From: Mustelus asterias
Taxonomy: Eukaryota
Assembly: GCF_964213995.1 (NCBI RefSeq)
Contig: NW_027590150.1
Span: forward strand, 434,001-498,000
Length of the DNA stretch: 64,000 nucleotides
Direction: 5' to 3'
The translations under genes and the position numbers were made by a program. Under the pieces are notes generated by a model. It made no database searches and was not told the DNA's origin. It saw only the letters and a program-made list of their open reading frames with translations. Positions 1-13,645 of this stretch are shown one piece after another (the stretch's first letter is position 1; each line of letters opens with the position of its first letter).

Positions 1-895
1 CAGGATTTGTCTCTTTACATTACATCAGAACCTGTCTCTGTTAATCCAACATACGACCATGAATATGTTGCCTGTCGAGATATGATCAATCACGATATAA
101 TATGGGTTTGCCTGTCCGGTACCAATCATTCTTGTTTCGAAGAGTCGGTTTATTTTTTTGCTAATATATATAAATAGCTGTGAGAAACGTCTAATTGCTC
201 TGCTATCATGTGGGTAATATTTAGCGTGAACGTCATAACAATTTCTCAGTGATTAACCGGCATTGGGGACAAGTCAATATCTGAACAATCGTTCGGTGCT
301 CGTTGCAATAACTTCAAGCAACCTCTGTTGTGATACATTTTATTAGTTGAATATTGTGTTGCACTGAGTCAATATGCCACAGAGTTTAGCGATAAAAATT
401 GTTCGCCTATCTTATTTTATTTATACCATTCAACTGATATACTGACAGTGAGAGACAGAATTGTGTCCTCACAATATCGCCAGATGGGCTCCCACAGGCT
501 AAATATCTGTCCATTCATTATTTGCTCATCTGTTTCAGAGAGAAACAAACCGAAATGGCCACAGAACAAGTGTTGACTGGTACGTTATGTTTGAATAGAA
601 TTAAAAACATATATTTTCTGCAATTCGTATTGTTATCTTCAAAATTATTTTTCAGTTTGGGATGTGTTCATCTGTCGAGGCCCTAAGCTCTGTTATTCCC
701 TCCCTAAATCTCGTTACTTCATATTCCTCGTCTAAATCAATCCATAAAACTATCACTTTTATTGGCCATCCTGTCAGTAACCTGATTAAATATCTCGTTG
801 CTCATCAGGAAGATATTGCCGATGCATGGGTCTGAAAAAAAATGCTGAAACACTGAGCAGATCATTCATCATAAATGGAGTGGTATTAATGTGCA

Positions 896-962
896 TCTCT
901 CTCTCTCTCTCCTTGTGTGTCTCTCTCTCTCCTTGTGTGTCTCTCTCTCCTTCCCTCTCTGT
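896..962. repeat. (CT)n microsatellite with repeated CCTTGTGTGT(CT)n unit
   Basis: Directly visible; explains the spurious EREGER ORF at 786-971. Confidence 0.9.
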
Positions 963-1062
963 CACCCACATTTGGCGCAGTCATGTACAGTAATGCACTA
1001 GGCCATGCCTATTTATATGCTGCATGTGAGCATTTGCAATAGATCTTGGTGTCTGTTTACAT

Positions 1063-1394
1063 TAGAATCATAGAAACCCTACAGTGCAGAAAGAGGCCAT
1101 TTGGCCCAGCGAGGCTGCACCGACCACAATCCCACCCAGGCCTTACCCCCATAATTACCCGCTAATCCCTCTAACCTCCGCATCTCAGGACATTAAGGGG
1201 CAATTTTAGCATGGCCAATCAATCTAACCCGCACATCTTTGGACTGTGGGAGGAAACCGGAGCACCCGGAGGAAACCCATGCAGACACGAGGAGAATGTG
1301 CAAACTCCACACAGACAGTAACCCAAGCCGGCAATCGAACCCAGATCCCTGGAGCTGTGAAGCAGCAGTGCTAACCACTGTGCTACCGTGCCGC
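1063..1394 (-). mobile_element. HE1/V-SINE-type tRNA-derived SINE, full length
   Basis: Minus strand has a tRNA-like head (GCACAGTGGTTAGCAC...GGTTCGATT), the V-SINE core GGGTTTCCTCCGGGTGCTCCGGTTTCCTCCCACAGTCCAAAGA, and a CR1-like tail ending (TTCTATGA)n. Confidence 0.85.
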
Positions 1395-1493
1395 ACTAAA
1401 ATGACATCCGATCTATTCTCTCCACTGATCAAAGCTCTCTGCTTCGTCTCCCAGTCTCTTCCGTGCAGCTTCTATGAGCTAGATTTTGTTTTC

Positions 1494-1566
1494 AGATTCC
1501 AGTGAGAATTGAACTCGCGACCCCTGGTTTACAAAGCCAGTGCTTAAACCACTGAGCCATGGAGCC
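1494..1566 (-). tRNA. tRNA-Thr(TGT)-like, probably pseudogene
   Basis: GGCTCCATGGCTCAGTGG...CTGGCTTTGTAAACCAGGGGTCGCGAGTTCAATTCTCACTGGAATCT matches vertebrate Thr-TGT, but has C-A mismatches in the acceptor and anticodon stems. Confidence 0.8.
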
Positions 1567-2059
1567 AAATGCTGCTATTACTTTACTTTACATAATATGC
1601 CGCTTCATTTATTATTACATCACGACAATGCTACAAGTCATTATTTCTGAGTTTTTGTTCAGTCAAGAGGCCATTTCTGTTACACTCGGCTCCATCTCAG
1701 ATATTATTGCGCTAGGCTCTATGTCGTGCACTACTGAACCATCCGTGCCTCACCTTGTCTTATATATAAAGCAGACACTGTCTCAGCAATTGGTTTTCTA
1801 TAAAATGCGTCTGACAGATGGAAAGAAAGAAGGGGCGAGCGAGAAAAGATGGATATTAGCTTAAAAAACGTAATATATTTCGGTCGATGAAAGGGGTTCG
1901 AAGAATGCGTTTCGTCTTGTTAATAACTATTAGGTGTTGCGTGTAATATTTAATTGCTCTCGTATTGTCTGCAATATTTTGTTGAAAGTTTGGGATGCAA
2001 CTTGTAACATCCTCTTGTTCAGAAGAGATTAATAAACGCACGCCACGTTGCAGAGCAAA

Positions 2060-2250
2060 CGGACACTAAAGGGCTATTCAGCATGGCCACTTCAACTAAC
2101 CTGTACATCTTTAGACTGTAGGAGGAAAGCAGTTAACCTGGAGGAAACCCACGCACACACGGGGTGAATGTGCAAACACCACACATTTCCACAAGGCCGA
2201 AATGGAACCTGTGCCCGGAACAGTGTGAGGTACCAGTGCGAACCACTGGC
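2060..2250 (-). mobile_element. Degenerate V-SINE fragment
   Basis: Diverged V-SINE core (ggaggaaagcagttaacctggaggaaacccacgc). Confidence 0.6.
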
Positions 2251-3084
2251 TAAATAATTGCTATTACCTTTAAACATGATACGGTAATTTATTCAGTATT
2301 CACTTACACATTCTATGCCTCAGTCAATACCTAAAGTTAATGAATTGCCCTGGACGCTCTTGAATGTGATGCACAGCTGGCCATTTCGCTGCCAACGCAA
2401 TGCATCTTTCAAATGACTCACTGAATTTCTCTCCTCTCTTTCTCAGCCTCAGGCTGCACCTAAATCAGATAACCTACCTTCTCTCTCTCAGTCTCCATTA
2501 ACTCGCTTACACAGGTATCCAGGAGACGGATCTGGCTACGAGTTAAAAAAAATATTTTTTTTGTTGTTTAAGGCACCTTGTATCTGAAAAGATAAAGTAC
2601 AAAAATCTCATCAGCGGAAAATTCAGTGTCGGAAACAAACCAGTTCACTCACTTAACCTTTCTCCTCCATTTCTCTCACACAACACCTAACACACTTAAA
2701 CTTTCTTATATGGAATACCTCTGCGGGGAAAAAAATGCTGCTTTAATTTTCCCTCTTTTCCCTCAGTGATAGCCTTCGGTCCATCTTCACTTCAATTAAT
2801 CTATTTAAACCCCAAATATGATCATTTTCTTGATTCATTAAACTGGGAATAGAAGTGAATGTAATACTGAGACTGGCAGCAATCTGTGTGGTTGTTCTTG
2901 ATGCTGTCAGAGTGAGTTCACTCTCACAGTCAGGAAGAATGTTTACGGTGATAACATCAAACTGGCCTCGGTTGTTTCATTCTCAGGTAACACAACTTCC
3001 TGTTTCTTGCTGCCGGTTCCAAACCGCACATCTCACTTCTGAGCAGAAAATAAATCCATGGACCACAATCTGGTGAGAACATCT

Positions 3085-3300
3085 GTCAGTGCGGCCTATA
3101 TCTGTCCACAGAGTCAGGGCAGAGTCACACAGATCACATTGCGGTGACATTTACAAATGAGCCTGGTGTGATCTGCTTAGAGTTTCCATTCCCGGACATA
3201 ACTCGATGGTCAGTGGATTAGCCACTGAGCTCCCCCGGGTTCCGTGACGGAAGGGAATGATAGCTGTTATCTTGCAGTGTTTGATCATTTTCTCTCCATC
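3085..3300 (-). pseudogene. Possible highly decayed TCR V relic
   Basis: Minus strand gives GEKMIKHCK (Cys23-like), PGGAQWLI in another frame, and GACTCTGCCCTGACTCTGTG (DSALYYC with two 1-nt deletions), followed by CGCACTG-ACAGA resembling the end of the 35.2-kb V. No nonamer seen. Confidence 0.3.
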
Positions 3301-4780
3301 TGCTTTTTATTTTTTGTTCCTTATCTGTCAGCACCCCGTTTTTCTTTCTGCTAACTCTCCCGGTATCTCTGTCTGTCTCCTATCTTTTGAACACTTTTAT
3401 TAGTGTTCATAATCATGAAGTTGTGAGTGGGGTAATTAAAGAGAGAATGTTTCAACTGGGAGGACGGTCAGCAACCAATGGGCACAAATTTATTTTATTG
3501 AGCAGGGAGACAGAAATATAATCGTTTATTTTTACACAGACGTTGTTATGAACTGGAATAAAGAGCTTGAAAGGGTGATCGAATCAGATTTCACAGTAAC
3601 TTTAGAAAATAAATAAGATATATCCTTCATGGGGTTACAATTTGAAGGGTTTTCAAGAATGGGAGCAGTTTGATGGTTCATCTATATAATTGTCCTCGCA
3701 TCCTTTTTGTGTCTCTCCCTGCCCTTCATTGAGACTCAATAGAACGCAATATTTATACAGCTGTCGTCTTGTGTTAAGATAAGAGTATCACTTTGAACAA
3801 ATTAGCATTGGATCGATTGTTTAGGAAAAGCACAATTACCCTTAATATTTATTGCACTGTTCTTTTTTCCTCCGATGAAGTTTTCATATTTAGACTTTTC
3901 AGTCATCATATGTCCTAATTCTGTCTGTAAATGTGGAACTGTTTGTAGGAAAGAGAAGAAACAGATTATTTTCTGTTCCTCTGACAGATTCACCATTGTT
4001 ACCTCAGATAACAGAAATTTATGGAGCCCGCCACGATTGTCCCCCTTGGGAATAACAGCTCTTAGTCAGGTAGAGTCAGTCACTCCTGCGGTCGTCATCG
4101 GGTTTTCAATCCGTGTTTGCCACACAAATCCCTACGAGACTCGTCATGACAAAGAAACCTGCGCTAAGGCCCTAGAACTGATTGCTTACTTATATCAGTT
4201 CCCAGTCCGACTCCGGGCCCAGCTGTCTCTGTTAGTGATACACTGGAGCCGGTCATTCAAATTATAATATTCTAATTCTCCATGATTATTTCTGGAAACC
4301 GTTAGCCAATCAGTTGTGAATTACAACCTATATCTGATTTTGTTTCATTTGACACCTGCCGGTTATCATTGGACAAATTACTTTTTTCGAGAATGATCAC
4401 ACGCACAAAAATGTTTATTTAAATGTCATATCATGTTCTGTCTCTCCTATTCTATATATCCCATACATTGGTTTACATGATTCTCCCCCGGTCAGTTTAT
4501 GTCATCATTGCGCTAGCATATCTGTCTATATTAGATTAGATTCTGTCTCTGTTGTTCCTGAATAAGTTTTAATCATTTATGGGATTTGGGCATCACTGGC
4601 ATCTGTTGCCCTTCCCTAATTGCCCCTGACAAAGTGGTGATGAGCTGCCATCTTGAACCACTGCGATCCATGTTCAGCAGCCCGTATCACTGTTTATACC
4701 ACACAAGCTCTGAACACCCTTACGATACACCTGATCCTGATTAATCATATTACCGAAATTGTACAACCTATACTATAATA

Positions 4781-6633
4781 GTAAAAGTTTTTACAAGTAT
4801 ATAAAAAGGAATAGAGTGGCTAGAGTGAATGTTGGACCCTTGGAAGATGAGAGGGGGGATTGAATAGTGGAAAACGAGGAAATGGCTGAGACGTTAACTA
4901 AGTGCTTTGTGTCGGTCTTCACGGTGGAAGACACAAATAGTTTGCCGAATATTAGAGATCGAGAGTTGGTGGGAGGGGAGGTCCTTAATACAATTACTGT
5001 TACTAAGGAGGTGGTGCTTGGTAGACTAATAGGACTGAAGGTAGACAAGTCCCCGGGCCCGGATGGAATGCAGGGTACTGAAAGAAATGGCTGAGGTAAT
5101 AGCAGATGCGTTAGTAGTAATTTATCAAAATTCGCTGGACTCTGGGGTAGTGCCGGCTGACTGGAAAACAGCGACTGTTACGCCGCTGTTTAAAAAAGGA
5201 AGTAGACAAAAGGCGGGTAAGTACAGGCCGGTTAGCTTAACGTCCGTAGTTGGGAAGATGCTAGAGTCCATTATTAAAGAGGAAATAACAGAACACCTGA
5301 ATAAGAATGGTTCGATCAAGCAGACGCAGCATGGATTCATGAAGGGAAAGTCGTGTTTGACGAATCTACTGGACTTTTATGAAGATGTCACTAGTGCGGT
5401 TGACAGAGGGGAACAGGTGGATGTGGTGTTTTTAGATTTCCAGAAGGCATTCGATAAGGTGCCTCACAAAAGGTTGCTGCAGAAGATTGGGGGACACGGA
5501 GTTAGGGGTAAGGTGTTGGCGTGGATTGGGGATTGGCTATCTAACAGGAAGCAGAGAGTTGGGATAAATGGGTGCTTTTCTGGTTGGCAGTTGGTGACCA
5601 GTGGCGTGCTGCAGGGATCGGTGCTGGGGCCTCAATTGTTTACCATTTACATAGATGATCTGGAGGAGGGGACTGAATGTAGGGTATTCAAGTTTGCTGA
5701 TGACACGAAGGTGAGTGGGAAAGCGAATTGCGAGGAGGATGCGGAAAGTCTGCAGAGAGATTTGGATAAGCTGAGCGAGTGGGTGAGGGTCTGGCAGATG
5801 GAATATAACGTTAGCAAATGTGAGGTTATCCACTTTCGAAGAAATAATAGTAAATTGGAATATTATTTAAATGGAGAAAAATTACATCGTGCGACTGTGC
5901 AGAGGGACCTGTGGGTCCTTGTGCACGAATCGCAAAAACTCAGTCTGCAGGTGCAGCAGGTGATCAAGAAGGCGAATGGAATGTTGGCCTTTATCGCGAG
6001 GGGGATAGAATATAAATGCAGGGAGGTCTTGCTGCAACTATACAAGGCACTGGTGAGGCCGCAACTGGAGTACTGTGTGCAGTTTTGGTCCCCTTATTTG
6101 CGAAATGATATATTGGCCTTGGAGGGAGTGCAGAGAAGGTTCACCAGGTTGATACCGGAGATGAGGGGTGTAGCTTATGAGGAGAGATTAAACAGATTGG
6201 GTCTGTACTCGTTGGAGTTTAGAAGGATGAGGGGTGATCTTATAGAGACATATAAGATAATGAAGGGGCTGGATAGGGTAGAGGTGGAGAGATTCTTTTC
6301 ACTTAGAAGGGAAACCAGAACTAGTGTGCACAGCCTCAAAATAAGGGGGGGCCGGTTCAGAACAGAGTTGAGGGGGAACTTCTTCTCTCAGAGGGTAGTG
6401 AATCTCTGGAATTCTCTGCCCATTGAAGTGGTGGAGGCTTCCTCGTTGAATATGTTTAAATCACGGGTAGATAGTTTTCTGATCGATAAGGGAATTAGGG
6501 GATATGGGGAGCAGGCAGGTAAGTGGAACTGATTCGCTTCAGATCAGCCATGATCTTGTTGAATGGCGGGGCAGGCTCGAAGGGCCAGATGGCCTACTCC
6601 TGCTCCTGTTTCTTATGTTTCTTACGTTCTTAT
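4781..6633 (+). mobile_element. CR1-type LINE, 5'-truncated, RT region (ORF 5063-6532)
   Basis: KSPGPDG, YRPVSLTS, QHGF, LDFQKAFDKV, QGSVLGP and FADD motifs; (TCTTATG/TTCTTAC) tail; frameshift near 5068. Confidence 0.95.
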
Positions 6634-8195
6634 GTATACACAATGGAAAATATTTAGGTTGGTTACCATGGAATTGGTGAAGGTAACGGTTACACAGAAA
6701 TATTGCTCCTTCTCTGGAGAGCAGCAGATGTTTCCATCCTTTGCATCAATAGGAATAAGAGGACTGAGAATTAAAGTTATAATTATCTCCTGTCGGCTAT
6801 ATATCCAGGTTCATTTTCGGCATCATTTTCACAAATCGGAACATATTCGAGTCTTATTTCAGGAAATTCAGTGAGAAACTGAGAAGGTCATTTTCTTAAA
6901 ATCTCCTCGCCATTTGACATGTGAGTTATTCATTTTCCAACTGATCTCTGAAGACAAATAAGTCAACGCTGGGAAAATAGTCAGTCTGAAATCATTTTGT
7001 AAACAAGAGCACAGAACAGAATGGTTGACAATAAATAATTACAGTATTACCTATTCTTCAATTTAATACATGAATTGTTTCGGGTTTTCATACACTCACG
7101 GAAGGCAGAAATGGATTGAAGGTTATCACTGGAAAATTGAAGGGAATTTGCTAAATGAAAGTTTATTTCTCCAAGTGGGGTTAATAGAAACTAGATTAAT
7201 TTAAATAAATAAGCAGACAAATATTTAAGGAGGGAAATTATGTGATATTTCTTAGACATAGAGCCATATGATCCTTATTGTGGAGAAAAAGGTCATTTGG
7301 CCCATCGAGTCTGCATCCCATCCAGGTCATTCGGCCCAAATTTCCTTCTACCCTATGCCATTCTACCCTTCCTTCTACCCTATTCCCGATGGCCCTGCAC
7401 ATTTACGATGGCTCATCCACGTTACCTACACATCTTTGGACACGAAGGGGCAATTTCGCATGGCCAATCCATCTAACATGGTATGATTAAATAAAAATTG
7501 GGGGTAGGCGTTTGTTCAGTAATGCAGAGACAGGGCCGAGTGCAACAATTATTTATACAGTACCTGCACTAGTATGAATGGAGGTTGGGTTCAGTTCAAT
7601 AATTCTTGAATGTCTTGTGTATTAGTAACTAGCGTGGTACTTTCTAATATAAACAGAGACATGCAGCTGTAACAAAGACAAGATTTATTCTAATATCAGC
7701 GGAGACAATGTGCACAATAATTTCAACTGAGACAGGTTCTAGTGTAATGTAAACTCATATAAGTGCTATCAACATATAGGGACATGATCTAGCGTGATAT
7801 AAACAGAGATGTAGCCCAGTGGAATAAAAAGTGAGGCAATGCAGAGTAAAGCAATAATTGAGAGAGGATGATGTGCAAAATGAACAGCGGTATGGTTTAG
7901 CGCATAATAAAGGAGAGAACATCAAACGGAATAAAACTGACAGCGGGCCGAGAATAATTTTGTCTGATTCTGGGCATTGTATAATATAAAATGAGACAAA
8001 GCCTGACACAGTAATTTCAGACCAAGGCCTTAGATTGATATAAACTTTGACGCGGCAAGTGCATCAATAAATGAAACGTGTAATTAAACAATAATTACAG
8101 AGACAGGATGCTGTTCGCTATAAACATGGAGGTAGACTGGTGCAGGAGTGATTGAGATATTGTCGATGTTTGTTATATACGTGGCAGGTTCCAGC

Positions 8196-8523
8196 AATCA
8201 TAGAAATCCTACAGTACAGAAAGAGGACACTTGGCCCATCGAGTCTGCACCGACCACAATCCCACCCAGGCCCTACCCCCATATCCCTACATATTTTACC
8301 CGCTAATCCCCACATCCCAGGACGCCAAAGGGGAAATTTTAGCATGGCCAATGAACCTAACCCGCACAGCTTGAACTGTGGGAGGAAACCGGAGCACCCG
8401 GAGAAAACCCACGCAGACACGAGGAGAATGTGCAAACTCCACACAGACAGTGACCCAAGCCGGGAATCGAACCCAAGTCCCTGGAGCTGTGAAGCAGCAG
8501 TGCTAACCACTGTGCTACCGTGC
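8196..8523 (-). mobile_element. HE1/V-SINE
   Basis: Same head, core and tail as 1063-1394. Confidence 0.85.
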
Positions 8524-9674
8524 AATAACAGACCGAGCCTCGTGTCATAAAAACAGTAACGTGTTCTGGTGCAGTATCAGAAGACAGAGGGTCAAGTGAC
8601 GTAACAACAGAGACATGGAGAATCATGACATTAGCCGAGAATTAATTCCGTGCTGCCGTAACTACCAGAATGCACGGTGCAATATCAACTCAGGCTTTGT
8701 TCAGTATAATAACAACTGGGATTTTGATGAGTACGGAATCAACTCAGAATTATTGTCATATTATCAGAAATAGGATTTCTTGTCATATAAACTGGCTCTA
8801 GTTTACGATGGGCAAAGCCTGAGTCCATGGCAGCAATAATTGAGACAACCTCAGTTTTGTGTCATGCCAAAAATCACGGTTTCACTGCCATCTCCTGGAC
8901 AACCTTTGCTATTGCAGATGTTGTGAAATGCTGATTTTAGTTGCTGTTTCTTATTTTTTCATTGTCTGTTATCCCGGCTGGAGAGGCCAGTAATCGCTAA
9001 TACTCTGAATTTATTGGGTTTCTAAAGCATCACAGCAGGCCGTTAGCGCCAACCACTTGGAGGCCTGGAGTTACGTATGGGCCAAGCTGGGGAAGGATGG
9101 AAGGTTTCCTTTTCCAGAGGGCATTAGCGAATCTAACGTGTTTTTTTGTAATAGCAGCAATTAAGGAAACAAACTTTAAATTCAAAATTTTAATTGCATT
9201 CTAAATCCCACGTACTGTTGTAGTTGTCTTTGAATATATACCTTGAGAAAATTGCCTCCCCTCCTAATTACTAGCCCAGTGATATTACCACTATGCCACT
9301 GCCTCCCCTTTCAAGGTTCATAGAGCATTTACAACAGTGGAGAAGGCCATTTGACTCATCGTGTATGTGTTTGCCCTCTAAGGGAGCAATTCATCCAACA
9401 GCACTCTCTACCCCACAGTCCAGCATTTTGTTCATTTCCAGACAATAATTCAATCCCATTTTGAAACCATCAATTGGCGCTGCCTGCACCAGACTCTCAA
9501 ACAGCACATTCCAAATCTGAGTCAGTCACTGTCTGAAAATGTTTTCCGTTATGTCTCCATGCTTCTTTTGCCAATTAACTTCGACCCGCACCCTCTGGTA
9601 CAAGATCCTTCTCCCAGTTAACGGTTCCTCTCTATCGACTCTCTCCAGACCACTTTGCATTTTGAATGCCTTAA

Positions 9675-10363
9675 TAAGAACATAAGAACTAGGAGCAGGA
9701 GTAGGTCATCTGTCCCCTCGAGCCTGCTCCGCCATTCAATAAGATCTTTTCGTGGACTCAGCTCCACTTAACCGCGCCGCTCACCATAACCCTACATTCC
9801 TTTACTGTTGAAAAATGTATCTATCCTTGCCTTAAAAACATTCAATGAGGTAGCCTCAACTGCTTCACTGGGCAGGGAGCTCCTTGTATTCCATCTGCCA
9901 GACCCTCGCCCACTCACTTAGACTATCTATATCCCTTTGTCGACTTCCAGCATCCTCTGCACACTTTGCTCTGCCACTCATCTTCGTGTCGTCTGCGAAT
10001 TTTGACACACTACACTTGGTCCCCAATTCCAAATCATCTATTTAAATCGTAAACAATTGCTGTCCCAACACTGATCCCTGAGGCACACCACTAGTCACTG
10101 ATCGCCAACCAGAAAAACACCCATTTACCCCTTCTCTTAACTTTCTGTTAGTTAGCCAATCCTCTACCCATGCTAATACATTACCCGTAACACCGTGCAC
10201 CTTTATCTTATGCAGCAGTCTTTGGCGCGGCACCTTGTCAAATGCTTTCTGGAAATCCAGATACACCACATCCACAGGTTCCCATTGTCCACTGCACATG
10301 TAACGTTCTCAAAGAATTCCACCAAATTAGTGAAACATGACCTTCCCTTCACGAACCCATGCT
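9675..10363 (-). mobile_element. CR1-type LINE fragment with internal deletion
   Basis: YLDFQKAFDKVP...GVPQGSVLG (10042-10299); tail TAAGAACATAAGAAC at 9675. Confidence 0.9.
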
Positions 10364-11681
10364 AAGATCACGTCAGTAACTCCCTGTCAAGGAAAACAGT
10401 CCTAACCTCTCCAATATATTCTTGTAATTGAAGTTTCTGAACTCTGGAACTATTCTCGTGTTTTTCCTCTGCAGCCATCCTGTTGGCTTTACATTCCTCC
10501 TTAAGTTTGGTGCCCCGAATTGGACGCAATATTTCTGTTGACTGTTTTCCATTGCTTTCGACAGATATGGCCTAATTTCCTTGCTTCTGTATTCTATTCC
10601 CCAATAGACAAAGATTGTTAACTATTTTATTGACTGCAGTCTCAACTGTCTTCCACCATGGATGATTTATTCACATATTCTCTCAGTTCCCTCGGCGTCG
10701 AAACCCACTTTCATAGCGTTTTCATCATTTCCATTTGTCTCTTCACATTTTGCACAACACAGCTAAGCATGTAACTTTACTCTGCAAAAAACTAAACCTC
10801 CTAATTGCACGCCAATTGCACCAATTAGGATCTTTTTCGTTCTAAAGTTCTGCATGATCTACTGATGGTTGGCAATGTTTCCAAGTTCTGTATCATTCAC
10901 AGGTCTTGAAAGTCTGACTTCCATACCAAGCTCTCGGTCATTACTATGCCAGGAAGGTCAACTATTCCTGGCAACTTCACTACAAGCTTTGCTCAAGTCC
11001 GAAAAATAGCGACGAGTTGTTTCCTGGCACTCAGCCAATTTCCTATCCATGTTACTCCTGTCCATTTTATTCTGTGAGCTCCATACTTACTCACAAGCTG
11101 TGGTGCAGCACCGTATCACATGACTTTTGGACGCCCAATAAGAGAAATACCCTCACAAACCATCTCTGTTACTCAGCATAAAACTCAAGCAAGTTAATTA
11201 TACACGATTTGACCTGAACAAATGCATTCTGGCTGAATTTGTCGCGAAACATATAAGTGGGATGATTTCTGCAGTGATGAAGAGAGTGAAGATATAAATG
11301 CTAAATCTGCTGACGACACAAAGATAGATCGGAAAATTGAGCATTGGCGAGGGCATTGGGCATGTCTCGAATATTGTGTGCACTACTTGTCTCCTTATCT
11401 TAAGAAAGATGTTAATGCGTTAGAAAAAAGTTCAGAGGAGTTTCACTAAACTATTACCAGCTATGAGCGGGTCAGTTTATGAGGAAAGAATGGTACCGTC
11501 AGGTTTGTACCCACGGGAGTTTAGAAGAGTAAGAGGCATATTGGCTGAAACCTTCAAAACCCTAAGGGGTGCGAACAGTGTGGATGTTGAGCGGATGTTT
11601 CCTCTTGTCCAATGTTGTAGCTGTCCTGGATATTCTCTGAGTGCCGATATCTCAGATCTTGGTTCTGCGTCTGTTACCACT

Positions 11682-11820
11682 GCTGTACTGTCCACGGGAG
11701 GGCGCTCTTTGATCACTTACCGAACATCAGTCTCCTTTTGCAGAAAGTGACAATTTGCTGATGCGAAAATGGGCGGAGAAAAGAAATCCCATCCAATCAC
11801 ATTGCATCTTCCCGGTTCTT
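11682..11820 (+). promoter_or_regulatory. Orphan paralogue of the TCR V upstream/promoter region
   Basis: GCTGTACTGTCCACGGGAG...GATCACTTA...ATGGGCGGAGA aligns with 26300-26400 upstream of the V leader at 26513; no leader follows. Confidence 0.6.
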
Positions 11821-12111
11821 TTGATTCAACCTTTAACTTCAATACATTTATTTAACTCAAATGTCCTCATTCTGAATTGAATATCTCTGAAATAGAGAAC
11901 ATTGAATTGCAAGCATGACTGACCAACAAAAGAAAGCGAGTCACTGGGAAATACACATCCCATGGTACCTTTTTGAAATTGACCGCAGTCAGCTTTCAAA
12001 CAAAAGCAAATATCTTTCAAGGGAAGAGATTTAAGAATGATCTGTTAGTTATACTTGATCCTTCTTTATTCTGTGTGTCGAACATTCTGGCGCTTAAATA
12101 TCTTTCATCTA

Positions 12112-13222
12112 CAAGGTACTAACATGGATTGACGATTGGCTGTCAGACAGAAGGCAGAGAGTTGGGATAAAAGGTTCTTTCTCAGAATGGCAACCGGTGA
12201 CAAGTGGTGTCCCGCAGGGTTCAGTGTTGGGGCCACAGCTGTTCTCTTTATATATTAACGATCTAGATGACGGGACTGGGAGCATTCTGGCCAAGTTTGC
12301 CGATGATACAAAGATAGGTGGAGGGGCAGGTAGTATTGAGGAGGTGGGGAGGCTGCAGAAAGATTTAGACAGTTTAGGAGAGTGGTCCAAGAAGTGGCTG
12401 ATGAAATTCAACGTGGGCAAGTGCGAGGTCGTACACTTTGGAAAAAAGAATAGAGGCATGGACTATTTTCTAAACGGTGACAAAATTCATAATGCTAAAG
12501 TGCAAAGGGACTTGGGAGTCCTAGTCCAGGATTCTCTAAAGGTAAACTTGCAGGTTGAGTCCGTAATTAGGAAAGCAAATGTAATGTTGTCATTTATCTC
12601 AAGAGGCTTGGAATACAAAAGCAGGGATGTACTTCTGAGGCTTTATAAAGCACTGGTTAGGCCCCATTTGGAGTACTGTGAGCAATTTTGGGCCCCACAC
12701 CTCAGGAAGGACATACTGGCACTGGAGCGGGTCCAGCGGAGATTCACACGGATGATCCCAGGAATGGTAGGCCTGACATACGATGAACGTCTGAGGATCG
12801 TGGGATTATATTCATTGGAGTTTAGGAGGTTGAGGGGAGATCTGATAGAAACTTACAAGATAATGAACGGCTTAGATAGGATGGACGTAGGGAAGTTGTT
12901 TCCATTAACAGGGGAGACTAGGACGCGGGGGCACAGCCTTAGAATAAAAGGGAGTCACTTTAGAACAGAGATGAGGAGAAATTTCTTCAGCCAGAGAGTG
13001 GTGGGTCTGTGGAATTCATTGCCACAGAGGGCTGTGGAGGCCGAGACGTTGAGCGTCTTCAAGACAGAAATTGATAAATTCTTGATTTCTCGAGGAATTA
13101 AGGGCTATGGGGAGAGAGCGGGTAAATGGAGTTGAAATCAACCATGATTGAATGGTGGAGTGGACTCGATGGGCCGAATGGCCTTACTTCCGCTCCTATG
13201 TCTTATGGTCTTATGGTCTTAT
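12112..13222 (+). mobile_element. Young CR1-type LINE 3' fragment
   Basis: Open RT C-terminal ORF 12197-13135; (TCTTATGG)n tail; translation differs by one residue from the 51952-54249 ORF. Confidence 0.95.
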
Positions 13223-13645
13223 AGGAGGTTCGCACTGATTTCCGATTTCCTCATCGGCCTGAATGGTCTTTCCCATTTCTTTATCAGGAAGAACAATTTT
13301 AAAAATAAGCTTCGAAGCAATGTGTGCCATTTCCTCTAGTTCAGTTACAGTTTCACTTGTGTCTGTCCTTATGAGCCCGCACTGCTGGGAGACATGTTTC
13401 AGATGGTGATTAAAGCTCTTAGTCTGCACCTGTAAACGCATTAAATTTTATTGTGGACTGAACGGGTTGCGAATATGCATACAAACAATACAGACATTTA
13501 TTTCCTGCCATTGCATCCTAAAACACGGCAATTCTGATTTTCCTAAAGACAATTGAGTTACTGTAAGATCCGATTTTCCCAAAAGCATTTGAGTTGGTGT
13601 AACATCGAGATTCACATAACGTTGAGCAATGATGGTTGCACAGTG

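Larger units (their letters stand above)
6780..11463 (+). repeat. Segment A: left arm of an older inverted duplication (partner 59711-63990)
   Basis: For example 11320-11463 is the reverse complement of 59711-59850, and 6781-6850 of 63930-63990; colinear but visibly diverged. Confidence 0.85.

Noticed and set aside
1193-1505. Recurrent ORFs such as MDCGRKPEHPEETHADT and VSTAASQ...WVSSGCSGFLPQSK
   Set aside because: Translations of the V-SINE on either strand.
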